NCBI RefSeq assembly: GCF_964204645.1
Contig: NC_134028.1
Span: 19,901,245 to 19,965,244 of the forward strand
Reading direction: 5' to 3'
Source of the DNA: Tubulanus polymorphus
Lineage: Eukaryota; Animalia; Nemertea
DNA: 64,000 bases
Shown here: piece after piece, positions 25,854 through 40,622 of the stretch
Numbering within the stretch: position 1 is the stretch's first letter
Layout of the letters: each line of letters starts with the position of its first letter
Translations under genes and position numbers: made by a program
Notes under the pieces: model-generated
Databases searched by the model: none
What the model was told of the DNA's origin: nothing
The model's input: the letters and a program-made list of their open reading frames with translations, nothing else

Positions 25854-26411
25854 TATTGGGGTGATAAATTAGTAGTTTGCATAGAGGGAGGGAAGCCAGA
25901 GTTCAGGGCAGTGGCTGAAGTTAGTAAACAACCTACGTAGATGCTTACGTCGCACACAAGACACTGAATAGAAGATAGGTGAAAGTGACGTGAGTATCTG
26001 CGTAGGGTTGCTGGTTATAGCGGCAGCCTTGAGCTCTGGTATGGCTAGGAAGTAAACAAGTATAATAAACTCGTGACGTATAACATATGTAGAAGTATAC
26101 GTCACGAGTAACATGAAATAAGATAGAAAGGGAGGGTCAGCACAGTAAGGGAGAGAGAGATGCTAGAGTGGCGGAGAAGCCTAAAAATACGAGCTGTAGG
26201 AAGGAATAAGAATTGTGCGGGAAAATAAAGAAAGAACGTAGACCCACGAGAAGAGTTGTTATTATTCCGGAGTCAGAGGGATATCACTTATCGGATTAAT
26301 CGGAACCAACAACGACAACACGAGGGGAGAACGCAACGTGGCCCCCACAACAATTGGTTGAGAAACTCAACCCCACAACATTGTTGGAGAACCGAAAGCA
26401 ACCCCACAACA
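25854..26411 (+). repeat. 3-prime LTR (558 bp)
   Basis: Direct repeat of 22359-22914; preceded by GGGGAGGAGGATAG. Confidence 0.92.
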
Positions 26412-26459
26412 AAACCAATCTCTATTTCTATGATCTGATTACAGTTTTACGGAGACAAC

Positions 26460-26992
26460 ATGAAATTGATCAGTTTTTTGGTGGTTTTTCTGGCCGTTTT
26501 CTGGGTTTCAACCGATGCCATTGATGAAATTACATGTCGCAAGGTAAATATCTGTCTATAAAGAGAAAACGCTGTAATCGTCAAAAAGCGTTTTTTCAAT
26601 CATATCACGTGTGTTAATCCATCGCAGCTACACTCACTATAACCTCTTAATATTCTTATAATCTCAGTATTGTATTTAAAGGGCTTTCCGGGAAATAGCA
26701 TTTTCAATTATGTGTTTGGTTTCATCGACAGGTATCATCTCTTGCTGTCGAACATTACGGCAAGGCCATATCGGGACCACTGAGCAAATTAGATTGCGAA
26801 ACTATCGTCAACAGCAAGATCTTGGACGATCTAAAGTTAAAAGGTTCACAACTACCTAGCGTTTTGGCGAAAGTATTTCAGTCAAAACAAGGCAAATCGC
26901 TGATTATCGATTACGTAAGAAAAAATGCCAAAGATCTAAGAAACAATTTGAAATCTCTGAAAAATGCATTGAAAAAAAATAAAGAAAACTAG
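26460..26992 (+). CDS. Small secreted cationic protein (114 aa); exons 26460-26543 and 26732-26992
   Basis: Signal peptide MKLISFLVVFLAVFWVSTDA; phase-0 GT-AG intron; clear paralog at 62644-63380; downstream AATAAA. Confidence 0.8.
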
Positions 26993-27465
26993 AAAAAGTA
27001 TTTAGAAATGATGGATAATTTTACCTGCATCGCATTATACTAGAAGATGTATGTTCTAATTATTCTATACGATTCAAATTTGTATCAGTGCTTGAAAATG
27101 CAAATAAATAATTCTTTTGGCATTAGAAATGAATTTAGTGATGTATTGATTTCATTGACGATTCGCAGTTTACAGTTCTCCAGAAAGGGGTGTGCGGATA
27201 TTACTTACAAGAACCCGGGAACCTCTTAGCAGGTGATACTTACGAGCTTCCAGTTGTTTCAGACGGTGTCCAATACATAGAACAAGTTTATATTGCCGTA
27301 ACGCCATCTGGCATGTAATAAGAAGAGTTTTTCGTCCCAGCAGCTAGTAACACTGTAACCCTAGTGGTTCTTAAGAGACGACCAATGCCTTTTTATAGGT
27401 TGTTATGGCTCACAACCTGACAGAGTTACCAGAGCTGAGTCCATGCATGTGTCTCGACAGCCAAC

Positions 27466-27536
27466 GCCAGATGTGGTTTAGATCTAGGGACCTCTTGGTT
27501 CCCAGTCCTCCACTCAAACAACTGCACGAGACCCCA
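27466..27536 (-). repeat. Possible tRNA-derived SINE head (second copy about 28797-28867)
   Basis: GGGGTCTCGTGCAGTTGTTTGAGTGG...AGATCGAAACC resembles degenerate A and B boxes. Confidence 0.3.
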
Positions 27537-28154
27537 ATCTCAACGATAACAAGTAATTCGGTTCAAAACAAATTAAACAGTTTAGAAGCGCCAGAAAAAA
27601 GATATAAGTTTTAACTTGACATGTTCAGTAAGAGAGCTGATACCTGTAGGTGTGACCGATGTGTGGGCGTGTCTTCCAGCTGTCGCTAACAGCTGTGTCT
27701 GGCTGTACGGCAACGAACACCATTTTTTACATTCTTGTTCGCTGAGATATTTCTGACAGACGAGTGAATTAAACCTGAAGGCGTCCGGCCGGTATTAAAT
27801 ACTGTGACAGTGGTTTCTCTCTTGAGACGAGGTTTAACTGAGCCCGACTGTAAATCAACTGTTATAAAATCTCCCACAAAGCAATGCAAACGGGAAATAA
27901 GTCTGAAAATCGAATTACCTATAAACAATATCGATATCAACTCGCAAAACACTCAAATATGAAAGTCTTTTCCTAGTTTCATCTTTCACGTCTAACATCG
28001 AAGCCATATCGAACGGGAGATTATTGTTCTGTCGCGTGCAATAGACATGCGCAATGGAACATACCGTAAACGGTTCGAATCCAATCTTTTGAGGATTCCG
28101 CGGAAGTTTCCAATCCCGAATATAGACTTCCTAAAACAACTCATTTCCAAAAAT

Positions 28155-28303
28155 AAGGTTCACAACTACCTAGCGTTTTGTCGTAAGTCTTCAAGTCAAA
28201 ACAAGGCAAATCTCTGATTTTCGATTACGTACGAAAAAATGCCAAAGATCTAAGAAACAATTTGAAATCTCTGAAAAATGCATTGAAAAAACTAGAAAAC
28301 TAG
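28155..28303 (+). pseudogene. 3-prime fragment of the secreted protein gene
   Basis: Copy of the distal part of exon 2 only; no signal-peptide exon. Confidence 0.7.
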
Positions 28304-30474
28304 ATATGTATAAAGAAATGATGGATAATTTGAACAGCATCGCATTATACTAGAAGATGTATTTTCTAATTCTGTAGGTTTCGCGTTTCCTTGTTCTATA
28401 CGATTCAAATTTATGTCAATGCTTGAAAATGCAAATAAATAATTCTTTTGGCATTAGAAATGAATTTAGTGATGTATTGATTTCATTGACGATTTGCAGT
28501 TTACAGTTCCCCCAAAAGGGGTGTGCGGATATTACTTACAAGTACCCGGGAACCTCTTAGCAGGTGATACTTACGAGCTTCCAGTTGTTTCAGACGGTGT
28601 CCAATACATAGGACAATAGGACAAGTTTCTATTGCCGTAACGCCACCTAGCGTGTAATAAGAAGAGTTTTGGATCCCAGCAGCAAGTAACAGTGTAACCC
28701 TGTGGTTCTTAAGAGACGACCAAGGCCTTTTTATAGGTTGTTATGGCTCACAACCTGACAGAGTTACCAGAGCTTAGTCCATGCATGTGTCTGGACAGCC
28801 AGATGTGGTTTCGATCTAGGGACCTCTTGGTTCCCAGTCCTCCACTCAAACAACTGCACGAGACCCCAATCTCAACGATAACAAGTAATTCGGTTCATCT
28901 GCGTTAGAAAACTAATTAAACAGTTTAGAAACGCCAGAAAAAAGATTTGTTTCAACTTGACATGTTCAATAAGAGAGCTGATACCTGTAGGTGTGACCGA
29001 TGTGTGGGCGTGTCTTCCGGCTGTCACTGACAGCTGCGTCTGGCTGTCCGGCAACGAACGCCATTTTTCACATTCCTGTTCGCCGAGATATTTCTTACAG
29101 ACGAGTGAATTAAACCTGAAGGCGTACGGTATTAAATACTGCGACAGTGGTTTCTCTTTTGAGACGAGGTTTAACTGAGCCCGACTGTAAATCAACTGTT
29201 ATAAAAACTCCCACAAAGCAATGCGAACGGGAAATAAGTCTGAAATTGTTTATTTTTTGTTTATTCATAATAGGGGCCGGGGACAACTGGGCCTCAGTCA
29301 AACTGTGAATACCAGTCGTATCAACTGATTCTCATCAAGCTGTAAAATCGTCTTGAAAGTGAAAATTTTCAGTTTTTTGACAAGCCGCCATCATTAGTCT
29401 CCACCGACCTTGACCTAGTAGAGGTGTGTCGCAAATACAAATTAACTATATACCATTTATATATGAGCTGATCAATTCAACATGGAATTTTGATCTTGAA
29501 AATCTTTAAAAGTTTGAAAATTGCCGTGAAAATAGCTTAACCCGCGTATGCAGAAAATCGACGGTCGACCACTTGCACGCTTTGCACTGATCAACCCGTG
29601 GCCACGCGCGTTTCTATGAAGATAGTTTTACGATTGCAGTATAAACAAAATCCTCAGATGAAACTCTATCTTAAGTGAAAAATTCTAAATTGTATCTCAG
29701 AAAGTTTAAAAGTTACAGCCAATAACACAGAATTACCAATTTTTTTTGAGGCGCCTTCCTAAAAGTGACGCGCATCTTTTTTTGTATCGGATTGTTGCAG
29801 CCGAGAAAAATGAAATAAATAATAAGAAAAAAACATTGTCAACTTTCTTACGATTCAAAAGTTTAGATTTTGTGCCTAAGAAGGGATGGACGACAATTAA
29901 TCGCACTAAAGGTTTTAGTTTTGAACATGTTAAAATCTGCGCGACAATGTGAGACACGCTGAAAATGGCACCTGGTAACTGGAAACTTTCCTATTGTAAT
30001 TAAATATTCGATGAATGACACGAGTTTAACATTTGGTTTCTACAAATCGAGTTTCACGATTCAAATCTCTCAAAATTCACGTTCGGGGGCTTTTTGCTTA
30101 TGTTTTATTTTGCCATTTATCAATTCAAATGTAATTCTTCTAAGTCAAGAGTGTATGAATTTTTCTGAAAAATGAATATAATTGATAAACTTATGACACG
30201 TTGTCTTTCTCGTAGGACTACGCGCTGTTCTAGTCAGGTTCTCTTCTCTAGACATCCCCTTGGACACCATGTTCCCGTCTCGACCCATTACATCTGTCCC
30301 TACTTTCTAGGGCAGCTCCTTGGACACCATTCCCGTCTCGACCTTTCACGTATCTACTGGTAGACGGAATCCATTTATTTTTGGAAATTTTTGGAAAAGA
30401 CGCTTCAATGTAATGTCTCGATATTTGGGTTATATATGTATCTATTCAGACTCCGGCCACCTCATTGTCTTTAA

Positions 30475-30544
30475 ATAACCTATTTTGTTATTTTTCATTT
30501 GTACATATTGATGGTGACAAATAAACTACTATACTATACTATCT
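30475..30544 (+). repeat. Dispersed repeat, probable non-LTR retroelement 3-prime end
   Basis: AATAAA followed by (CTATA)n; homologous to 10125-10205. Confidence 0.5.
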
Positions 30545-31063
30545 ACCCAAGACACATCTTCAGCCCAAAAACCGGCCTTGGTAGAATCAAGATGGCCTAC
30601 TGGCACAGCCATTGTTGTACGCCAAAATCAGCACTTTTCACACATTTTTGAAGTTTTTGAGGAAAATTTTCGTTTTTGCTCTATGATGTTCGTTTTGCGC
30701 CCGTTGTAGATATGACATGTTCTATAATTGTGTTGAGTTTCGATGTCATTGGGTTTTGCATATGATCACCAGGGGGCGTTGAATAGTAGAATGCTTAGCA
30801 TTTCCATATTATATTGGTACTTAGGCATATTTTTTATCACATTATCGATTACAAAATCGTAGCTGCTGACATGTTCCATGATTGTGAGTTTCAAGGTCAT
30901 TGGTTTTTGTATATGGTCACCAGGGGGCGTTGAATATTGACTGAATTGTTATGATTGTTGATCATCTGAACATAGGATTGAATAAACTCAAGGTGTATTC
31001 AATTGCTGCTCGATTAACATTTATTTATTCATGTTTTTAAATGTTTTAGCATATTTCATTATT

Positions 31064-31303
31064 CTAACCACTGCATTGAGCTGTGAAGCCTCGGTTGTAA
31101 CCAATAGAACAGTGTTTCTTGATTCCTTTCCAGAGTTTCTTGAACCATCCTCGTTTCATCAGTTGAACGGTTCGTCTGGCCTCCATCAACTGCAGCGGAT
31201 CGTGTCCAGCAGTCTCAGCGTCTCGGAGAGCTCGTTCTATTTGATCACCAGTAACGGCGACCACCAGTAAAAAACACAACACAAAAACTGCCGACAATTT
31301 CAT
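31064..31303 (-). CDS. Candidate antimicrobial/cytolytic prepropeptide
   Basis: Signal peptide, propiece, KR site, mature GWFKKLWKGIKKHCSIGYNRGFTAQCSG. Splice acceptor just before the ATG, donor near 31797, TATATAAA near 31870-31878, AATAAA near 31020-31030. Confidence 0.8.
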   Translation of the reverse strand: MKLSAVFVLCFLLVVAVTGDQIERALRDAETAGHDPLQLMEARRTVQLMKRGWFKKLWKGIKKHCSIGYNRGFTAQCSG

Positions 31304-32725
31304 TTTACCGATTCGTCTGTAATCAATGAATTACAGATTATTATCATTAAAAAAATACAGTAAACCCCCGATATACCGCCAATCCCGTCTGAAGCCGGGT
31401 TTACTGCCGAGAACGGAACAGATAATTTGTCTCGAAACTGGTCAAAATCAACCTCTGAAATTACGCTATACTCGCCAAAAATCGAAATGACCGATATGGG
31501 CGCGGAGTTGATCAGGGGTTGACTCATTTGCACTGATATTAGCTCACTGAATGATGAGGTCAACAAGTCATTAGTTACCAATATACATGTAATGTATTCC
31601 CTCTTGTAGAATAGAATCGGCCATTCTTCAGAATGGTCTTAAATATGTTAACAACTACACTTTCGATTCTATGATAGGTAGATGTAGTCAAACAAACTGG
31701 CCAATCTTTCTATTTTCTATAATTTGACTAAGGATTGAATGCTACACTTTCAACAAAAATACAGTAAAACTAAAAACAAAGAACATATATCTACTTACGG
31801 AATCTTTCACTCTGTGACAAGTCGAAAAGCTTTCGCGATGAGAGTTGAATGTTTCGATTTTAATCTCTGTTTATATATACCAGACTTAATTCCTTTTTGA
31901 TAGAGGAGCTTTCGGAGACAAAATACCGCATAGAAATAACTTAATCCCTTACTGAAAGCAGTCGTTTGTTATAGACTTAGAATCCCATAAACATGTGTCA
32001 ATCGAACTGTTGATATTCATCAAAGTATTGTCTCTCAGAATACAAGTCATCCTAGCTGCTTTTGAATATCAAATCTAATTTAATGAATCGACCTGAAGAT
32101 ACTGAAATCCTTTAAGCACCAGAGTGTTTCGTTTATTGTAGTTTTGTGAAGTAAACGAATTGTTTTTGCAGGTGTTAGAAGCTAATTGATATTCGTTGTA
32201 TCCCATTTTTTTCAGAATAGTCTATAGATAAATTGATGGGACTTAAATTAGCTCAATTCTATCTCTCACATTTTGTTTCGTTCTAAATCTGTTTATAGTG
32301 GCTACCTCCTTTTCACGTGAGTCCAGATATTTTTGGAAGTTTTTAAGATGGCTTCAGACGGATTGTCTTGATATCAGCAGGTTTATAAACCCCCCAATCA
32401 GAATCAAGTTTTGTTTTTGAATGTTTACGGCTGATTCAATATTCGGCAGAATATATCCCGCGAGGACAACTGGTGGCCCCGGTATGTACTATAATAGCTA
32501 TACACGACCCTCGCAAGTTGTGGGCGCCCTGTAACGACCGGCGACCCCTGACAAAATGAAATATACAATATCAAATATGCATCCCTGTAATAAAACCCCT
32601 GCTCATCGATGAGAATTGTTTGGTTAAACAGGCATACACAGCAGGAGATCGAACTTGAACATTATTTTCATGATTTGATTTCTAAAGTTTTTAGGGGCAA
32701 AGGCTGGTAAAATGCATTCAGAAAT

Positions 32726-32870
32726 ACAGTGGAACCTCGTTATTTCGAACTCGGTTGACAACAAAAATATGAAGAATTCCGTTCCAAGTAAGAAAATGTT
32801 ATCGATTTCATACTAGTTATAACTATCGGTTATAACGAACATATTTTCTGGTCCCGTGAAGTTCGCTGTG
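32726..32870 (+). mobile_element. Tc1/pogo (Tigger-like) MITE remnant
   Basis: TA-CAGTGGAACCTCGTTATTTCGAAC left end and internal TGGTCCCGTGAAGTTCG; right TIR eroded. Confidence 0.4.
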
Positions 32871-33611
32871 TTCCACTTATATTTTGATTTGCCTTTCAAA
32901 AGAAAAAACTAGTTAAAATTTCTACAATTCCCTTTTTGCGACCGCGCCCGGGGATGTTCGAGTATCACCACCCTACTCAAGACACGATGCTGATATTGCG
33001 CATAAGTGAAGTTTGACGACAAATTGTTTATAAATGATATCAAATGTTTTATTTCAAACAAATGTTATAAAAAACATACGATTATTTAAATTATCCTGAA
33101 AAAAACCAGATATTTAAGTAACAAATCAATAGAATTTAAATTCATTATAAGAGCACAGTATATAATAGTTGTAACATTACAAACGTCAAGACGTTGAATT
33201 TGAGTTAAAGAATTATATAAAAATACAAAAATTTACAAAAACATACTAATTACAACCTGCAAAACAAAGTCGCAATATGATAACAAAATCGTACAGTGTA
33301 TATATACATATGTAAAGCAATGTTAGAGATAAAGGCATTGAAAACAATGCCACAAAAATATAGAAATATTCTACATTTTCTACGAAATGACTATAAATCC
33401 TGAAATGGCAAAAACTCTGAAATAAAAATTTTAATTAATAACAAAATCATCAACAGCAGCAGCAGCAGCAACAGAAAAAAGAACACCGAGAATCAATTTT
33501 TCCACTAGACACAAACATTTTTTTCACTCAATCATTCTGAATTTTTTTACTAATCTTAAAGTCAACATTCTTTTAGAACAGGTTTTAACATTATGTAGGA
33601 TCTCGCCCGTT

Positions 33612-36759
<3,148 letters not shown>

Positions 36760-38915
36760 CTTTAATTGATGAAAAACAACATTTCAATATTATCATTTAT
36801 CATCGGATAATTTAATAACTTTATTGTCATTATCGATAAGATATGAACACTAACCCGTTACTAAATAGATTACTGACATCAACACAATCGTTTTAAAGGC
36901 GTAATAATCCATTGTAATCTTTAAATCCTATGAGTGGTAATCCGTAAATCATCGATTGAATGTTAATTCGTTAATCCCGTGCTTACTGATTATCCGCTAA
37001 TCCAATGAAAGTGATGATGATGACTAGTCATTGGCTGAACTGATTTGTTGATGTCGCATCAGATTGTTTTATACCGGGATCATCTGTCACTCAAACCCGA
37101 CACGTGAGAGAGGAGCACATCTCATTAATAAAACACTGGCGACTGACATTAATTACTTAATTACACATTTTCGACTTCTGTGAAGGTAAACTAATTCAAT
37201 GCTGTTCTAATTATTGTAATTGAGTAAATCGATTAAGATCTAATTGACATATTGAAATCAGCAACGAATTAACAGCGGTATAGATTAATTACATCCAGTA
37301 ATTAGTTCTATAGATATGATGCAACTAATTTATATCGTACAAAAACACATTATATAATTATCAACTCATGAAGGCTTCCGACCAAATTGCCAAAATCTAG
37401 AATCCTTGAGAAATCATCCCTCAAACAGCAGGTCCCCGCAGCATCCAGGAATTTCGTATGAACCAATAAAAACCTTAATAAACCTCTGTACATGATCAAG
37501 CAAATTGAATGGACTTGATAGTGTTCGTCGATATCATCAGAAAGGGCAGGATCTCAGCTTATGATATCGCGGATATTCGTCACCGTGAACAGGTGCAACT
37601 TTTGGGGGAAATCTATTTCCCAATGGCAACGGTCCAGTTAATGATTTGATATACATCAAAACTATCATTCAAGTTGCCTAGACGGAACCTCATACAACAA
37701 CAACAGAATATACGCGTGACATGTATATCAAGGCAATCAATTTCTATAACCATCAAATGGGACAACGATGGTTGACCTAATAGTAGAATGTGTTTTCTGT
37801 AAAATTCATAGACCAGTTTGGAAATCTTTGTCAAACGTTAAACGATTCAAGGTGGCCTTATTTGCAAAATACTAGATATGGCAGCTAAACCGAATATACT
37901 GGAGATATTAGCAAAACGCATAATCATTGGCGACGGTTGTTACATGAATACATTCGAAAAAAGAGGATATGTGACTGCTGGGCTGTATACTCCTGAATGC
38001 GTTCTAGAACATCCTGACGCCGGTAGGTTTTACATGTTTGTGACTTATTCTATTCACAGCCCAACTTTACCCGATCAATTTTAGCACACCTTCCTGCCTG
38101 CAACAAAATCTATAGTTTCGTGGGCATCATTTTGAATCTAAACAATGACGAACTACGAGGCATCTGCCAGAAAAAAAGTCCTTTAAAATAACCGTTGGGT
38201 TATCTTCAAGTCAAAACGGGGATTAGCCGATAAAAGAAAAATCATTAATTTGCCATTTTTCAGTCAGTGGTTTACACAAAGAATTTGCTCGAGCTGGAGC
38301 TGATGTAATGCAAGCATTCACCTTTCACGCGACAGATGGAATGCTTCAATGTAGTGAGTCGGCCAAAAATTATAACGTAGGTTGTGGTCTTTATCTATCT
38401 CACTCTTATTCAACTATTCAGTGACACAAATTGTACTGAATGGTTAGTTCTTTGGTAATGATGTACATATCTATAATGTATTTATCTTAGACCTCTGAAA
38501 TAAACCACGCGGCGTGCGATCTTGCACGTAATGTTGCCACATTATACAATCTACTAGTTTGCGGAGGTTTGTCGCCTACACCGACATATACAGCTGGAAA
38601 AGGGAAGGCAGCAGTTCAAGCAGAATTCGAAAAGCAATGCCAAGTGTTCAAAGAAAAGGATGTCGATTTCTTTATAGCGGAGGTAAAATTCTACTATTCA
38701 AGACAAAGATGGTATTCATTGGTATTTTACATTGGAATTTCCCTATCAACAAATCGAACTTTTGTATAACACTGTAGAATGTATACATATACTTTTCGAA
38801 TCCAGTTTTTCTGTTCAATCGAAGAGATGGAATGGGCGATTGATGTCATGAAGAAATACAACAAACCTATAGCGTGTACGATGAGAATAGGTCCAGTTGG
38901 GTGTATGGATGGAAT

Positions 38916-39515
38916 TATTGGAGTAATAAATTACCTATTTAGACAGTGGGAAATAAGCCGGAGTTCAAGGCAGTAGTTGCGGTTAGCAGGCGACCTACGT
39001 GAATACTTACGTCACACATAAGAGAGAAGCATAGAAGATAGGTGAGAGTGACGTGGGTGTCTACGTGGGAAAGCTTGTTATAGCAGCAGCCTTGAGCTCT
39101 GGAAAGTTGAGTTATAAATTTAGCGCTCGTGACGTATAACACACGTAGAAATGATTTACATGGCCAGTAGGACTGTAGTAATAGAATAAGACGTCTCTGG
39201 CGATGAGGCCAAGCGGTGTGGAAATATACGTCACGAGCGAAGGAAGAATAAGTATAAAAAGGGAGGGTTTTAATGCAGTGGGGTCGAAAGCTTGGTCGGT
39301 AGAGCTGGGTCGGTTGAGCTAGTGGTTAGAACTAGAGGGGACGTGCTAGGAAGATTGTAAGAAGAGAGTATAAGAATAAAGATCTGGATCGATAGAAGAA
39401 GCTAGTTGTAGTTAATTTATGAGAAGAACCCCATGGAACTACGCTGGTGAAACGCAAACAACGCAGGTGGTCAACACACGTCACCCGGACACTGGGAAAG
39501 AGGACCCCCACAACA
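38916..39515 (+). repeat. 5-prime LTR of outer gypsy
   Basis: Direct repeat of 60119-60718; TATAAAA and AATAAA inside; several TGACGT/ACGTCA motifs. Confidence 0.95.
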
Positions 39516-39656
39516 CTGGTGGAGAATAGCGGCAGAATTCCGGTCTCGCAGCCAAGCTAGTGGTGAGTGACATTATACGAAACTTTAAATCGATTTATAA
39601 AAATCTGGTTTATGTTTTATAACCAACCCGTTAAACGAAAAGCACAACTGTTGGGG

Positions 39657-40622
39657 ATGGCAAACGCGGGACAGCAACCGGCCGTGGGACCAGCCAATCC
39701 GGCTGTAGGACAAGACGACGACAATGATAGCGACGATGAAATAATCATTGTCCCGAAAGGCATAAGCGGGCTGAAACCAGAACATTTTGACGGAACAAAT
39801 GATCCGGAACCATGGTTAGACGCATTTTTACAATACGTAAAACTCATGGCATGGAGTGACCGTCAGATACTGAGGAGCTTTCCCTTGTTTTTGAGGGGAG
39901 AAGCTCGATCTTGGTATTTAGGTGTCGATAAAGATAAAAAACGCGTGTGGAATGATTTATTACAAGCGTTTAATCGGCGATATAATAACCCGGATCGAAA
40001 AATGCTAAAAACTCACCAGCTGAAACACATGCGCATGGTTTCAGGCCAAACAGTAGACAATTTCGCAGACGATGTTAAACGGAGAGCGAATGAATTGGAA
40101 TTACCCGCGCATGTGACGTTGAGTACGTTTATTGACGGTCTCTCCGCGGACATTCGCAAAATCGTTTGGACGCAAATGCCAGAGGATCTGGACAAAGCCA
40201 TCAAAATGGCTAGTAACGTAGTCCAGATGTTGAAAATAGATGGCCCTGGTGTTCATCAAGTCGAGACAGCCAACGCGGAGTGGGACGAACTGAAAACAAG
40301 AATAAATCAGCTTGAAATTAAACAACGAAAGGAGGAGACGATGGCACAGGAAAGTCGGGCTCTTACGGGAATTCAACGACCGTTTGAAGCGATTACGTAC
40401 GCGCGAAATGGAGCTACAAACAATAGACTTCGTTACCCTACGTTTAGAGGTCGATGTTACAGGTGTAACATAATTGGACATATGGCTAGAAATTGCAGGG
40501 GGCCAGCGAAATCTACCTTTGCAACGGAAAATAGAAACATCATTTGTTATCAATGTGGTTTACCTGGACATATTAGCAGATATTGCCGTCGGAATACGAA
40601 TCGACAACAGCGGACTAATTAG
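39657..40622 (+). CDS. gag: Gag with two CCHC zinc knuckles
   Basis: PEHFDG..DPEPWL..F, FLRGEARSWY, CYRCNIIGHMARNC, CYQCGLPGHISRYC; ATG 39657 chosen as likely start. Confidence 0.9.
   Translation: MANAGQQPAVGPANPAVGQDDDNDSDDEIIIVPKGISGLKPEHFDGTNDPEPWLDAFLQYVKLMAWSDRQILRSFPLFLRGEARSWYLGVDKDKKRVWNDLLQAFNRRYNNPDRKMLKTHQLKHMRMVSGQTVDNFADDVKRRANELELPAHVTLSTFIDGLSADIRKIVWTQMPEDLDKAIKMASNVVQMLKIDGPGVHQVETANAEWDELKTRINQLEIKQRKEETMAQESRALTGIQRPFEAITYARNGATNNRLRYPTFRGRCYRCNIIGHMARNCRGPAKSTFATENRNIICYQCGLPGHISRYCRRNTNRQQRTN

Larger units (their letters stand above)
22359..26411 (+). mobile_element. Non-autonomous (LARD-like) LTR retroelement related to the gypsy at 38916-60718
   Basis: LTRs about 99% identical by eye; PBS TGGTGGAGAA (tRNA-Ala-like) from 22916; purine tract before the 3-prime LTR; no long internal ORF; flanks GTAT and AAAC do not match. 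Confidence 0.9.
26841..29246 (+). repeat. Local tandem duplication of about 1.07 kb (26841-27907 vs 28155-29246)
   Basis: Long near-identical stretches from AAGGTTCACAACTACCTAGC to GGGAAATAAGTCTGAAA. Confidence 0.9.
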
